Assembly (NCBI GenBank): GCA_009602725.1
Contig: WELB01000013.1
Location: 956,362 to 1,013,045 of the forward strand
Length of the DNA: 56,684 nt
Origin: Spirogloea muscicola
Taxonomy: Eukaryota
Direction: 5' to 3'
The notes below the pieces were generated by a model, which saw nothing but the letters and a program-made list of their open reading frames with translations, did not search any database and was not told the origin of the DNA. Position numbers and translations under genes: made by a program. Positions 39,633-52,223 of the stretch are shown in pieces; the stretch's first letter is position 1, and each line of letters begins with the position of its first letter.

Positions 39633-39722
39633 TAGGGCTTAGGGTTTGGACTTTAAGGTTTAGGGTTTAGGGTAGGGTTTATGGTTTGTAGTTAGGGTTT
39701 AAGCTTTAGGTCTAGACTTTAA
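39633..39722 (+). repeat. Degenerate interstitial telomeric repeat (TTTAGGG-like heptamers)
   Basis: tagggcttagggtttggactttaaggtttagggtttagggtagggtttatggtttgtagttagggtttaagctttagg. Confidence 0.85.
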
Positions 39723-39738
39723 GCAACGGCTTCCAGCT

Positions 39739-39857
39739 TCAGCCCGCGGCGACTGTGAGGCGGTCGCCAGGGCCGAGGCAGGCCTCCAGCTCTGCGGCGG
39801 CGGCGGCGGCCTGGTCGGCCAGCCGGGCCAGCGCGCGGTCGGCGTCGTCGGCGCCGG
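39739..39857 (-). CDS. Probable C-terminus of an unidentified gene running into the N-gap
   Basis: GC3-rich frame GADDADRALARLADQAAAAAAELEACLGPGDRLTVAAG*; no family recognised. Confidence 0.4.
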
Positions 39858-40594
39858 NNNNNNNNNNNNNNNNNNNNNNNNNNNNNNNNNNNNNNNNNNN
39901 NNNNNNNNNNNNNNNNNNNNNNNNNNNNNNNNNNNNNNNNNNNNNNNNNNNNNNNNNNNNNNNNNNNNNNNNNNNNNNNNNNNNNNNNNNNNNNNNNNNN
40001 NNNNNNNNNNNNNNNNNNNNNNNNNNNNNNNNNNNNNNNNNNNNNNNNNNNNNNNNNNNNNNNNNNNNNNNNNNNNNNNNNNNNNNNNNNNNNNNNNNNN
40101 NNNNNNNNNNNNNNNNNNNNNNNNNNNNNNNNNNNNNNNNNNNNNNNNNNNNNNNNNNNNNNNNNNNNNNNNNNNNNNNNNNNNNNNNNNNNNNNNNNNN
40201 NNNNNNNNNNNNNNNNNNNNNNNNNNNNNNNNNNNNNNNNNNNNNNNNNNNNNNNNNNNNNNNNNNNNNNNNNNNNNNNNNNNNNNNNNNNNNNNNNNNN
40301 NNNNNNNNNNNNNNNNNNNNNNNNNNNNNNNNNNNNNNNNNNNNNNNNNNNNNNNNNNNNNNNNNNNNNNNNNNNNNNNNNNNNNNNNNNNNNNNNNNNN
40401 NNNNNNNNNNNNNNNNNNNNNNNNNNNNNNNNNNNNNNNNNNNNNNNNNNNNNNNNNNNNNNNNNNNNNNNNNNNNNNNNNNNNNNNNNNNNNNNNNNNN
40501 NNNNNNNNNNNNNNNNNNNNNNNNCGTCTGGACGTGGTCGCTACCCCGCGGGGCGGTGGGCCTCGTCTGCTCTTGGACGTGGTACTGATCGACG

Positions 40595-40689
<95 letters not shown>

Positions 40690-40702
40690 CCTCGAGCGGC
40701 GT

Positions 40703-40735
<33 letters not shown>

Positions 40736-40847
40736 CGGCGGTGACGGCGGCCTCGTGGCGTCGGAGGTAGACGGCGCTGGCGGGCAGGCCCTGCGCAGCG
40801 GGGGGCCGCTGCCGTCTGAGTCCTCCTACTCATTCGCTGTAAGGGGG

Positions 40848-40878
40848 AAACCCTAAACCTCAAACCCACAACCCTAAA
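40848..40878 (+). promoter_or_regulatory. Telo-box-like motifs (AAACCCTAAA)
   Basis: aaaccctaaacctcaaacccacaaccctaaa upstream of the metallophosphoesterase exons; function is inferred only. Confidence 0.4.
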
Positions 40879-40930
40879 GTGGTATAATGGTAGATCCAGG
40901 TTCAAATCCTGTAGAGTGCAAGTTAACGCA

Positions 40931-43900
40931 ATGACGCCTTCCAGGCGGCGCCCACGTTGCCGCCGCCGCTGCTGCAGCGCTGTTCAGGAGCCGTGCAGCC
41001 CCCGCGGCCGCGCTGCGGCGCCGCCAGGTTGTCGGCGACCTCCACCTGGAGCCCGCGCAGGCGCACTACTTCGAGCAGGGGCGCTCCCAGATTGCCAACG
41101 AGGTGGTTGTCCCACGCCGTCCGCTAGCACCGGCAGCCATTGCCACCGCTCACTCGCCCGGCTGGTGCTGACCAATCTGGGACCTTGGCCACCGTCCCCG
41201 CGCTCAGCTCCGCGGCAGCGGCAGCGGCGACGCGGCGGGCACACCCAACAACCCCCCGGCCAGCGATGTCCGCCTCTTCCAGCTCGGTGACCTTGGAGCG
41301 TACAGCAACTTCCCGGGCTCCGCCGCTTGCTTCCAGGTTGCTGCGCGCCCCACCGCCCCCTCGGTGGCTCTCGCGCTCTTGTGGGCTCTAGCTGGTTTGT
41401 TGACATTGCGCACAAGCTGTCGATAAATTGCCAGACGGCACGTGAGTTCCTGGACGGCTTCGGCATGCCGTGCCACATGATCCTTGGGAATCACGACCTT
41501 GAGGTCCGCGGCCCCTCCAGCAACCTGTTGGCGCTGACTGTGTGGACCACGCAAAGGCGCATGCCCAGACTTGCGCTGCAGCCTAGATGGATGCTGGAGC
41601 TGCAATGATGCGGTCCGGCGTCGGCTGCAGGGGGCTGAGTTCGACAGCGACAGTGAGAACCTCGCAGCTTGGGCAGCCGCGTTCGGGCAGCGGCACTACT
41701 GGTCAGTGCCGCTGGGCGGCGGAGCTGCGCTGGCCGTCGGCCTCAGCACCGTGCGCTTCCGTGCCTCCCCCAACAGCTGCCACGAGGTGATCCTCCCTCC
41801 CTCCTCCCTCCTTCTTCCCCTTCCCTCCCTCCTCCTCCCTCGCTGTGGCCAGCTGATGAAGTGGAGCCGAAGGGCGCATGTGCAGGTCCACATCGACGAC
41901 GAGCAGCTGGAGTGGTTCCGGCATGTGCTGGCACGTAACACCGACAGGCCCATCTTCGTCTTTACGCACGCGCCGCCAATGGGGGCCGGAATTCCCAGCC
42001 TCCAGGAGGTGCACGTGCGCAACCTCTGCGCATGGCTCAACCACAGCAACCGCCCCCAGCGCTTCCTGGAGCTAGTGCGCCAACACCCCCAGGTGCAGTG
42101 CGCCGGTCCTCCATCCCAAGCGCTCTACGATGTATAGTGGTAATCTAGGGGTTCAGGCTGAGGTCAGCATTGCACTTCACAGCTGTTGAGCTGAATGCTG
42201 TGGTCCAGGGCCTAAACATAATTGCGGCAGCTGTAGCTGCTGTGCAAGACCTGGGCCAGTCGTCGCCGGAATCGGCAAGGCTGTGCTGCTAGCTGAGTCC
42301 TCCGTCTGGAGGCATGCTTGCGTTCTCAGATCAAGCTGTGGTTCTCGGGCCATTTCCACCTGAGCCATGACTATGAGCACTCGGTCAACAAAGTTGGTGC
42401 CTGCCACTTTGTCCAGGTCCGTGCCACGAGCACACTGCACGGCACTGCCTCGCCTCTATTGTGTGATTCTCTCCTGCCGGCCCCCCTGCAATACCAATTG
42501 TCACTGCAGCGCACCCGCTCCCTCCGTGGCATAGATTGTATTGTAATTGCCAAGCTTCCGCTGCTCGTATTCGTGTGCAGGTGGGTGTCATGGGCGACTG
42601 CCATCGAGATGGCCTGCGGCAGTCGCGCATTGTGCGTGGTGATGCGTACGGCTTCCAGATCTGTGAGCCCCGATGCCCCAGCCCCAGCTGGCAAACTCCT
42701 CCAAATGACATCTTCGCAGTGTCTCCGTGATTATTTACGGTCCCCAACAGTCGAGATCTTGGTTCTTCTTGCATGCCTGTGCAGTCACGCTGGACCATGG
42801 AAGCGGGTACATCCGCCAAGATCTGGCACACAGCTACGCCGCTGACCCGCTCGGCGAGGCCGAAAAGCTCTGGTGCTCCACGCTGCGAAGTGAGCTGCTA
42901 GGTCTGTGTCTCTGGTGCTGCATGCAATAGCGCCAAATATATTTGGATCACAGTGTCTTGGCAGAGTCTGACAAGGCGCCTGTCTAGCCCAGATGTGAGG
43001 TGGTGCAGGAAAGGCGGCACGTTCAGCCCCGAGATGCCAGCCAGCATCCGTGACGCGCCAGCGGACGATGCTGAAGATTTGCCAAGCGGAGAGGACCAGG
43101 TGAGCTTGGCAGGTCTGTTGACCTGGGCAAGATAGACTTTGCATGACTGCTCGCAATCAACTGCTGTGAGATTCACCTATGGGTGCTTCTGAGTCGATGT
43201 TTGTAGCCTATTACTGGATCCTACACCCTCTAGTATCTTTGGGATAGACTTTGCTAACATGCTGCGCAAGAGAGCCGCAGGTGCGGTGGTTCAAGGCCGG
43301 GGACACTGTCCTGGCGCTCTCAGGCAACCAGGTGGATTTTGAAGCTTGCTCTGCGCCTGGTGCAAATAGTGCTGCTCTCAAATATTGTTGAGTCAGCATT
43401 GGCAATCCTTGACACAAGCTTCGGGCTGCTTGCTATGGTATGTGGCTCACTGCAATCATTCTCTGCCGTGCGGTAGCTCGTCCAGTACGACCCAGCAACA
43501 GAGGCCCCACTTGGCATCGTATGTGATGCAGTCAATGGCCGAGGCGTCAAGCTTGTCACCTGTATGGACACAGACTGGCCAATCCACCAGTCAATCCCCC
43601 ACCAATTTGTCACTTGCATGCTTCTTATGTCATCCTTTGACTCGTGACACACTAATCTCTTGGCACAGATAACAACGATAGCGAGCACTCAGATAAGTCG
43701 CACTTTGTGATCTGTTGTTGCAGTGGCCGACAAGCAGGTAGACTACATTCAGCTCTTTGCAACACCTGAGTCGGCCGCCATTGGTGCGGAGCGCAACCTC
43801 CCATGGGCTGAGACCCAGGACGAACAGATTCTTCGCCAAGGTGATGGGTCACTCGTCCGTGTCTTCCAACGCAACAAGTGGGTTGGCATCGACAGGACTA

Positions 43901-43971
43901 CGCGGCTCGCCCAGCACGAGAGCAAATGGCAAAAGGCGCAAATGAGCATTCCCAGCATCGTGCAAGTGTGA
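40931..43971 (+). CDS. Calcineurin-like metallophosphoesterase (CpdA/Icc-like), multi-exon; start uncertain
   Basis: Five metal-binding motifs in order: VGDLHL, LGDLG, ILGNHDLE, VFTHAPP, WFSGHFHLSH, across GT-AG exons. Confidence 0.9.
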
Positions 43972-44642
43972 TGTATACCAGTGCATTATAGCTCCAGGGC
44001 CGGGGGTGCGCGATAGGCGCGCGGGTCGCATGAGAATGGAGGGGATGCCAACTCGAGCCTTACAGAAGCCTGGTAACAGGAACCGTAAAGGGCAACAACA
44101 GCATGGCCAAAGCAGGTCATGCTGTTGACCCTCATTGCACAGCTCCACAAAGAAGACAAAGAGCTGATTCTGACTTCCCAATTGGCCTGCAGCAAATCCT
44201 GCTGATTAGTACAGCATGGCAAGGCTGCCCTTCCTCCCGCTGAGTCAGGCATGACATATTCGTTCCCGTTACAGCCGCTGCATATATGTTTTAAATATAT
44301 ATAGAGAACATATATATACACACACATGTATCATTTTATATTATTTTGCAGCTTTCTTCCTTATGCAGGGCAAGAAGCTGAGGAAAATTTACATAGATGA
44401 TATTGGGTACCCACTTCCATTACTACCACTGTGCAAACGTCTAGATACAGTTGAAGACAGACAACTGACTTGTGTCAGAACATCGTTGTCGAGCCAGAAG
44501 TGTACACTGACCAGCAAGCAACGACTCCCATCTGACATTGCAAAACTGCCCATAAGTGTCCAGGCAAATTATTGCTGAACATATCTCATTAGATGGCTGT
44601 GAAATTATCGTTGTCTTTGTTGACAGAGTTAATGTGTATAAG

Positions 44643-47600
44643 TCACAATTGCACAATGGCTTGGGATTGATTTGGTGCTGCAGTGACTCCATTAATATCA
44701 TGGAAGACTACGTAGGTGAAGAACGTTCCATCGCCCCCTAAGGGATCCATGTCCGGGTGGAGGCCACGCACGAAGCTGCTGTTGTAAGTGTCCAGCTTCT
44801 CAGAAATACCGGCTATGACTCCCTTGCCAGACACGACCAGCTTGACCTGCACAATGACACACGCACATGTCCCGCTACCTTTGGATGATGATGACAACGA
44901 AAGCACTAACAACAGTAGAATACACATCATGTCTCAAAGTCTAGAAGGCTCACAGTCATTGGTGACTGAGCCACTCAGGGCCAAGACATCCCTCGGGTGG
45001 TAGAATGAGCCACTTCAATTGAACTTGTGTTCTAAGATCTTAGTGTTTGTACAAAGCTTGCTTTGACTGATCAAGGTGCCTCTAGGGAGTGCGCCATGTC
45101 GACAAATGAAGACATAGTAAGTAAGACTTGCATGCAGACAGCTGAGACAGAAGTGCTGAGGTGTACAGGGAGCTCAACAAACCAAAGTCACTCTCCTATC
45201 CGACTCAATTCGCTAATGCTTTGCTTTGCGCTATGCGGCGTTGCCTCACCTCCACTTTTCCCAGGGCTAAGATAGGCCACAGCTTTGTCAACTGGCTGTC
45301 CTCAGCCGTGGAGAAGCATTTCTCAACAACCTCCTGCAATTGGCGTCAAGGGCCATTGACACAGAAAAGATGAACACTCCTATAGTCAATGACCAGTCTG
45401 CAGGGGCTCAGGGAGATATGTGATTCACAAATCTCAAGCAATGCGTTTCCACAGTAAAGAAACTGTACTGAAATTGCACAGGTCATGCTCAGCTACCACT
45501 CTGGATACCTCAAGTACTCTTGTTGTGTCAAGCTAGCCTGTGAAGCAATGGAAGCAAAGTGCAGTCCTTACAACCCTCAGACACCTGGTTCGCTGCACAC
45601 CTTGCATGGCGTCAGCTCCAGAGCCGCTTGAATTGCATGTCTGAGCCTGCCGCTATCATCGCCCGGATCCACAGCGACAGCCAGCAGCGGGGCCCTGAGA
45701 TGCTTTGCCTGCGCCATGATCGCCCTGAGCGAGACTGGGAGGACCCTTGGGAGGAGGCTGTCCGCTTGTCTCTCCACAATCCTCCCAGAGGAGGTTTCGA
45801 AGCACGTCACCAAGCAGGTACATTTGTCGGGCAGCTGGTCCAGCTGAGAGTAAGGATCTCTGATCTGCAGTTTCAGGTACATGATTGGTCATCCACCAGC
45901 TTATACATGCCACTATACATGGTCCAAGTTGCCTTTACCAACATTGCAAGGGGTTCTCATGCAGAGACTAACACTTTCTAAAAATCCGAGACCAGAATGG
46001 AACCTGGAGCATCAGCAGAGAAGAGACGTCTCCTATCCACTCCAGGGCGTAACCTGCGCCGTGCTCAGAGCGTGACTTTGTGTTTGCGCTCTCGACCAGG
46101 TAAGTGGTACTCTGTATGAACGTAAAACAGTATAAGGGCCCTTCAAAGGTGTGCACAGCAGCCAGCCAGGCAACGAGCTTCAACAGCACATGTATGACTT
46201 GACATTAAGCTCATACTGCAGTGACCAACTGATACCGTAATGATCACCATTCAGAAATACAAGTATCCCGACAGCGAGGGGCATGTGCTGTGCCCACAAG
46301 GTGGAATGTGAAAATTATTGGCGAGAGAGTGCTGCTGGCTTTGATCAACAACCTTGATGATGTTGACCGGAGGCCCTCTGGCCAAGGGCACATTGAAATG
46401 TCCATATGGGCAATGGCGACAGCGATTGCCGCAGCACACACCTCGCTCTTGGAGGGCCCTCTCCGTGAAGACCGCAAAACCTGCTACCCTGACTCGCGAG
46501 AGGACGTTGAGCAGGTAACCATATCAGCATGTTGGCCTTGCTTTGCATGTCGATTCATGCTCGGCGAGCATTACTCACCCAACCACGCACCTGTTTGGGG
46601 ATCGGTGTAAGTAGCACTGCCTGCCAAACAAGCAGCTGTGTGCATGTCCTCCACATCTTTCCCACATTCAGATTGCACCCAAGTCTCTGTCGAGAGAGAC
46701 TTCTCGCTAGTCTGATCAAGAAGTGAAGGATGCCCTTCCTCCTGAGATGCATCAGGTCCTCCGGACCTACTTTTCTCCAGGCTTGGCTGGACCCATTTCT
46801 CCCAAGGAAACTCGGAGGGGATGAGCTCAGGAACATCATTCAACACCGCCACCAGCCTGCAAACATGCAAAGATGATCGTACCAAATTGTGGGCAGCGTG
46901 TCACCAACAACTTGAAGGTAGAGCAGCAATTTCCATGAAACAAAGTCGGATATGTCCGGGTTTGGTACTTACCACTCCAATGCATCGATGATGCGAGGAC
47001 CGGAGCGGTTGAACATGTGATTGCCATCGACGAGGACAACATGGTCATTCTTGACAGCTCGCAGTTTGCGCCACCACGCCCTTAAGGACACGGCCTCCAA
47101 CTCTTTCTGTGGGCAGGCATGCAGCACACAGCCACCATATCAATTGAACCCTGCTCCACACGTCTCCTGGCTCCTGTGTTCGTCGAGCTCGTGTTGAACA
47201 TCAAAATATCATAAGGAAAGTGCAAATGTAGGAGGAGTGAGGATGAGGATGGGAGGCGCCTGCAGCTACCTTGGTTGTTTGAATGTTGAGACCGCAAGGA
47301 CAGACAATGATCCAGTCGGGGTCGACCGCAACCACCTGCTCTGGGGAGACCCGGAAGGACTCGCCTGCGCCCCTCCTGGAGCAGCGACAAGCACGGACCT
47401 CATTGCTTAGATGGCAGTCCAAGTTGCCACTGCAGACACGGGGGGTGCTGATGACAAAGGACTGGACTTATGTCCTCAGTTCCTGCACTGCGCACTGACG
47501 AGATCACGTGCAGTCGATGCTTACCCTGGACCTCGGCAAGGATTCAGGGGGTGCCGGCCGCCCGCCATCTCGATGAGCTGCGGCGTCCAGTGGCCGCCGC

Positions 47601-48965
47601 AGAAGATGGGGTCTGTCCATTCCATGAATACAACTGTGGGTGTAGCGGTAGCGGCCTGCTCGAGGACGCTTGCCTTCACATTGGACCTTGCCATCAGCAC
47701 CCTCTGCTTCAGGCGCTCTGCTGCAGCCAGAGCTTGGTGCGACAGGCCTGCACATGTCGTCCCGGCTACAGTCCTCAACCTTGCTCTTTCTTCTGGTCTA
47801 CCCCAGGCTGGCAGAGGATGCGGGACTGTCGTGCTGTGGCAAGCATCCCATGACAAGATAGTTACTGGACTGGCAGCAGTGGCCCCCAGCCATGGCCCTC
47901 ACAATCACGGGGTTGTTCTCACCTACAGCATCGCCGATTCTCACGACATCCTGAATGATGTCCTCCACGCTCCCCGGATTCAAGCTGACGAGCTTTGGCG
48001 GGACATCCATTTGCCTGACAGAAGACGAGCAGCTGCTCAGAGACAGCAAGCGCCTTGCTTGCAGAGATCACAGACTAACGCACCACTGTCAAACTCCAGC
48101 AGCCATTGCAAGCATCAGCCCACCAGCTGAGTCAAGGTTTTAGTGTTGCAGTTCTGTTACTGGGCTTGGGATGTTTAGGTGCATGATGATCAATGTGAAC
48201 AAATGGCTTGCCTGGCGTGAGAACAAGGACAGCTAGTACCTGGCAATGCGGCTGACAAGGGAGTAGTCAATGGCGCACACGCTGCACAACGACTGTGTGA
48301 GGATGACAGTCGGCCGCAGGTGCTCCAGCAGTGCGGTGTCTATGGCATACAGGCCTTGGCCGCTCTTCAGCGCCTCTGTAATTGTGCGGTCGACCTCTGC
48401 GGAGGCGCAGCCCAAAACCCACGTAGTCAGTGTGTATGTCAGGTCAGTCGACAGGGACCGAGTCGCATGCAGCGACATGCAGCAACTGCCGGGCCCAGCT
48501 CGGGAGCTCACGCGAGATTGAGCAGCTATCATTGACAGTGTTGTGGTAAGGGTTCAGTGTTTGCTTCATGAGGCCAGAACATTAGTCCTGAGACCCCACA
48601 ATACCCCAAATATATAGAGCTAACCAGCCGAGGTGGTGAAGCTCGTGCGTGCGGCAGTGACGGCGGGGCGGTCGGCGATGGAGGCGGGGTAGTCGTCCTC
48701 GTGGCCCCGCCCCACGAGCAGCGCCGCGCCGCCCGCCAGGCACAGCAGCTCCGTCGCCGCCGGCAGCAGCGACACCACCCGGTGCCACTGCTGGCCGCTT
48801 GCGGAGGGTCGCCCGCCATCGGCGCCGGCCTCGGCGGCAGGGCGGCTGCGGCTGCCCGGATGGCCAAGGCTGCGCTGCGGCGGGGCCCCGTGCTGGCCAG
48901 GAGAGCCTCGGCCCGCCGCCGCAGGCACGGCTGCGACGCCCGACGACGCCTGGTCGACGTCCAGG
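44643..48965 (-). CDS. Fusion protein: BtuF-like (cobalamin/Fe-siderophore) periplasmic-binding fold + DUF5522-like Cys cluster + degenerate diphthamide-synthase-like (HUP) domain; start uncertain
   Basis: RVVSLLPAATELL..LVGRGHEDDYP, LYAID..LRPTVILTQSLCSVCAID, FMEWTDPIFCGGHWTPQLIEMAGG, IIVCPCGL, VDGNHMFNRSGPRIIDALEW; then HTAAC..YTDPQTG..RGVCCGNRCRHCPYGH; then LVTCF..AQAKHL..DPLGGDGTFFTYV. Confidence 0.85.
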
Positions 48966-49209
48966 CTGCGCAAGGCACGGTCTGGTGCCAGCGAACGTCC
49001 ACGAAGTGCCTACGAGAGGCACTTGCTCCTGCGGCAGCGGCGGCGGCGGCGGCTGTCTCCTGGAGGCTCTCGCTGTGAGGCTCGTGCTAGAGACTGAAGG
49101 TGTTGCGGATCTGCATGCCCATTTGGTCAAGCCTAATGAAACTTGCAGTGTGTTGAGAAACTAGAAGGCCCAAGTGCGAGTGACTTGGCACAAGTGACGA
49201 TTGACAGGT

Positions 49210-49720
49210 GACTTGGCCAAAGCGACCAAGTACAACGACAAGCACCTCTGATGACGGACATTATCCACTGCAGGTTGACCCGCTCAGTAACGACGCGTCA
49301 GCACATAGAGGTTCAGCTCATCGATGCCTGAAAACCGGATGGCAGATTCCAAGCCTTTCTGCCACCAACTACAGCTCGCCCAGCTTTCTGGTGCAAAGCA
49401 TGAGCCTGAGCACGCTGCAAACAAGCCGACACACAACGGGCAAACACGACAGATATGCAGCTTCCAGCCCATCTCGGCCAGGAGCACATCTGCGCGTCGT
49501 GCGTAGCCTAGATTGGCAATTTTCTCTAGGAGGGTGTGGAAACGAGGACCTATGCCGCCAAAGATACCGACTGCAGCTGGCAGGAGCTGATCAAAGTGGG
49601 GGTTGTCATGGCATTGCTGCAGCTTTCTTTGTTCTGCATGGCCCACTGCATGGCCAGCGATGTTGGTCGATGCTGGACAATATATAACTCCGTAAAAACG
49701 ACATCGACCAAGGCCCTAAG
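49210..49720 (-). mobile_element. Degenerate CRE-like 3' fragment
   Basis: RALVDVV..EQRKLQ..DQLLPAAV..GPRFHTLL..LYVLTRRY*; same family as 2540-3000. Confidence 0.8.
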
Positions 49721-50388
49721 GATGACAGCAATGCCCGCCAATGCCCGTCCAATCTCCATTGTCTCTGCAGGCAGCCTATGCAGCATGGCAGCTCGCAAGC
49801 CTTCTCCCTCCACTTGCAACATGCCCGTGCACCACTGCTGCATGACGTTGTAATTGCTGGCGAGGCTCCGACCTGGGAGGCTCCGACGCGGCGGACGATG
49901 TCTCAGGGATCTGAGGCAGCGGCACAAACTTGCTCCACTCCATGAATTGCAGTCCGGAATGTCTTGTCATTCCTCCTGTCTCTGCAATGCAATATGCAGT
50001 TGCAGAGACTACACCAGAACACCATCACACAAACCAGGCTGGTCACCTGCTTAACTATCGCGAGGCCGATGTGCTCTAATTGCTGCTCAAAGCGAAGGCG
50101 AGTAGCTTAGAAAGCTGCGCTTCCAGACTGATGTGCACGCACATGGCCAAGCGACCTGTACTGCTTAAGCAGCTGCACGGCGCGACCAGCGACAGCCGCG
50201 GAGCGTGAGCTAGGACTGCACCAAGCCTCAGCCGGGCAAGTCCCGACTAGGAAGACACCCTGCCTTGCGCTTGTACCCACCTCAGCCCTCTGAAGCTGGC
50301 GGGACTAGCAAGCATTGAGGAGCTTCAGGTCGGCTCGAGAGCAGCAGGTCCATGAATGCACCAGGTGTAAAGCAGATTGCGCCATTGC

Positions 50389-51475
50389 TCAGCCTTCCTC
50401 ATCGTCAATCTCGTCCTGCGGTTCTGCTGGCAGGGCCAGCCAAAAGCCCACAGCTGAGGTCAGGCAATGGAGACTTGCGGGCAATGCTCTTGAGCTCAGA
50501 GCACTCCCAAACTTTGCAGGCACAATCACAGCAGCCTCCTAAAAAGCCATCAGAGTGGGCACACGGCAGCAGGATACATGGGGGCGTAAGGCAGCTAACC
50601 CCACCTTGGCCAGGAGTTGCAACAGAAGGCAACTCGTCGAGCTCCACAGGGGACCCTGGCCGGTCGCTCCCATCTTCGTCCTCGTCGTCATAGGTGTCGT
50701 TGGCGAACCCGTCCTCGGCCCTGTCATCTCCATCTCCAGTAGTGTCGGCGTCAGTCCTCCTTTGCACCATCTCAGACTCCTCCTTCACTGGCTCCCTGGC
50801 GCCGTCGACGTCCTCGTCGCCATCCAGGCCCGCGCCCTCCTCCTCCTCCTCCACTTTGCGCTTCCTCCCTAGGGACCGCCGCTTGTACTCCTCCTTCCTG
50901 GAGAGATTCTCCTTCCTAAAGTCTGCCATGCCAGTCCGCACAAGCAAAGCGCCACCGCGGCAAGCTTTCACTCAGCCTCCACAAAATGATAGGCACGGCG
51001 TGGCAGCGGCGCACCGCCTTGCAATGCCAAGAGCGAGACTGCCGCGCCTCCTGCAGCTCGCGGGCAGTCCGCACTTTCCAAGGTCTCGCGCAGCGGAGCC
51101 AGGAACTCGGGGAAGTCCAGCTCCGCGATGGCCTTGAAGACGTCGTCGGCGCTGATCGTCTGCCGCTTGTGCTCCCGGCAGATGTCGTTCGCGCTGCCGC
51201 ACATGCCCACATCGTTCGCAGCGACCACGCAGCTGGGTCAGCTCTCGCCGCTGGAGGCCCTCCCGCGACGACGAGCTGACGGAATGGATCGCAGCTCAGC
51301 TCGCCAACGACGGCCGACGCGGCGTTGACGGCGGGAGGCGGCACTCACGTGGCGGAGAGGTAGTGGATGAAGATCTTGGCGCCCTCGCAGAAGGCCAGCA
51401 GGCCGTCGCGCGTCACCTGCACCTCGCGCCGCCGCCCGTCGTCGGCGGCGCCGCCGCCGCTGGCGCTCGGCGGCC
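50389..51475 (-). CDS. POLE3: Histone-fold protein, DNA polymerase epsilon subunit 3 / CHRAC17 / DPB4; 5' end in N-gap
   Basis: VQVTRDGLLAFCEGAKIFIHYLSAT-ANDICREHKRQTISADDVFKAIAELDFPEFLAPLRETLE followed by a basic/acidic tail. The last exon is inferred. Confidence 0.9.
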
Positions 51476-52223
51476 NNNNNNNNNNNNNNNNNNNNNNNNN
51501 NNNNNNNNNNNNNNNNNNNNNNNNNNNNNNNNNNNNNNNNNNNNNNNNNNNNNNNNNNNNNNNNNNNNNNNNNNNNNNNNNNNNNNNNNNNNNNNNNNNN
51601 NNNNNNNNNNNNNNNNNNNNNNNNNNNNNNNNNNNNNNNNNNNNNNNNNNNNNNNNNNNNNNNNNNNNNNNNNNNNNNNNNNNNNNNNNNNNNNNNNNNN
51701 NNNNNNNNNNNNNNNNNNNNNNNNNNNNNNNNNNNNNNNNNNNNNNNNNNNNNNNNNNNNNNNNNNNNNNNNNNNNNNNNNNNNNNNNNNNNNNNNNNNN
51801 NNNNNNNNNNNNNNNNNNNNNNNNNNNNNNNNNNNNNNNNNNNNNNNNNNNNNNNNNNNNNNNNNNNNNNNNNNNNNNNNNNNNNNNNNNNNNNNNNNNN
51901 NNNNNNNNNNNNNNNNNNNNNNNNNNNNNNNNNNNNNNNNNNNNNNNNNNNNNNNNNNNNNNNNNNNNNNNNNNNNNNNNNNNNNNNNNNNNNNNNNNNN
52001 NNNNNNNNNNNNNNNNNNNNNNNNNNNNNNNNNNNNNNNNNNNNNNNNNNNNNNNNNNNNNNNNNNNNNNNNNNNNNNNNNNNNNNNNNNNNNNNNNNNN
52101 NNNNNNNNNNNNNNNNNNNNNNNNNNNNNNNNNNNNNNNNNNNNNNNNNNNNNNNNNNNNNNNNNNNNNNNNNNNNNNNNNNNNNNNNNNNNNNNNNNNN
52201 NNNNNNNNNNNNNNNNNNNNNNN

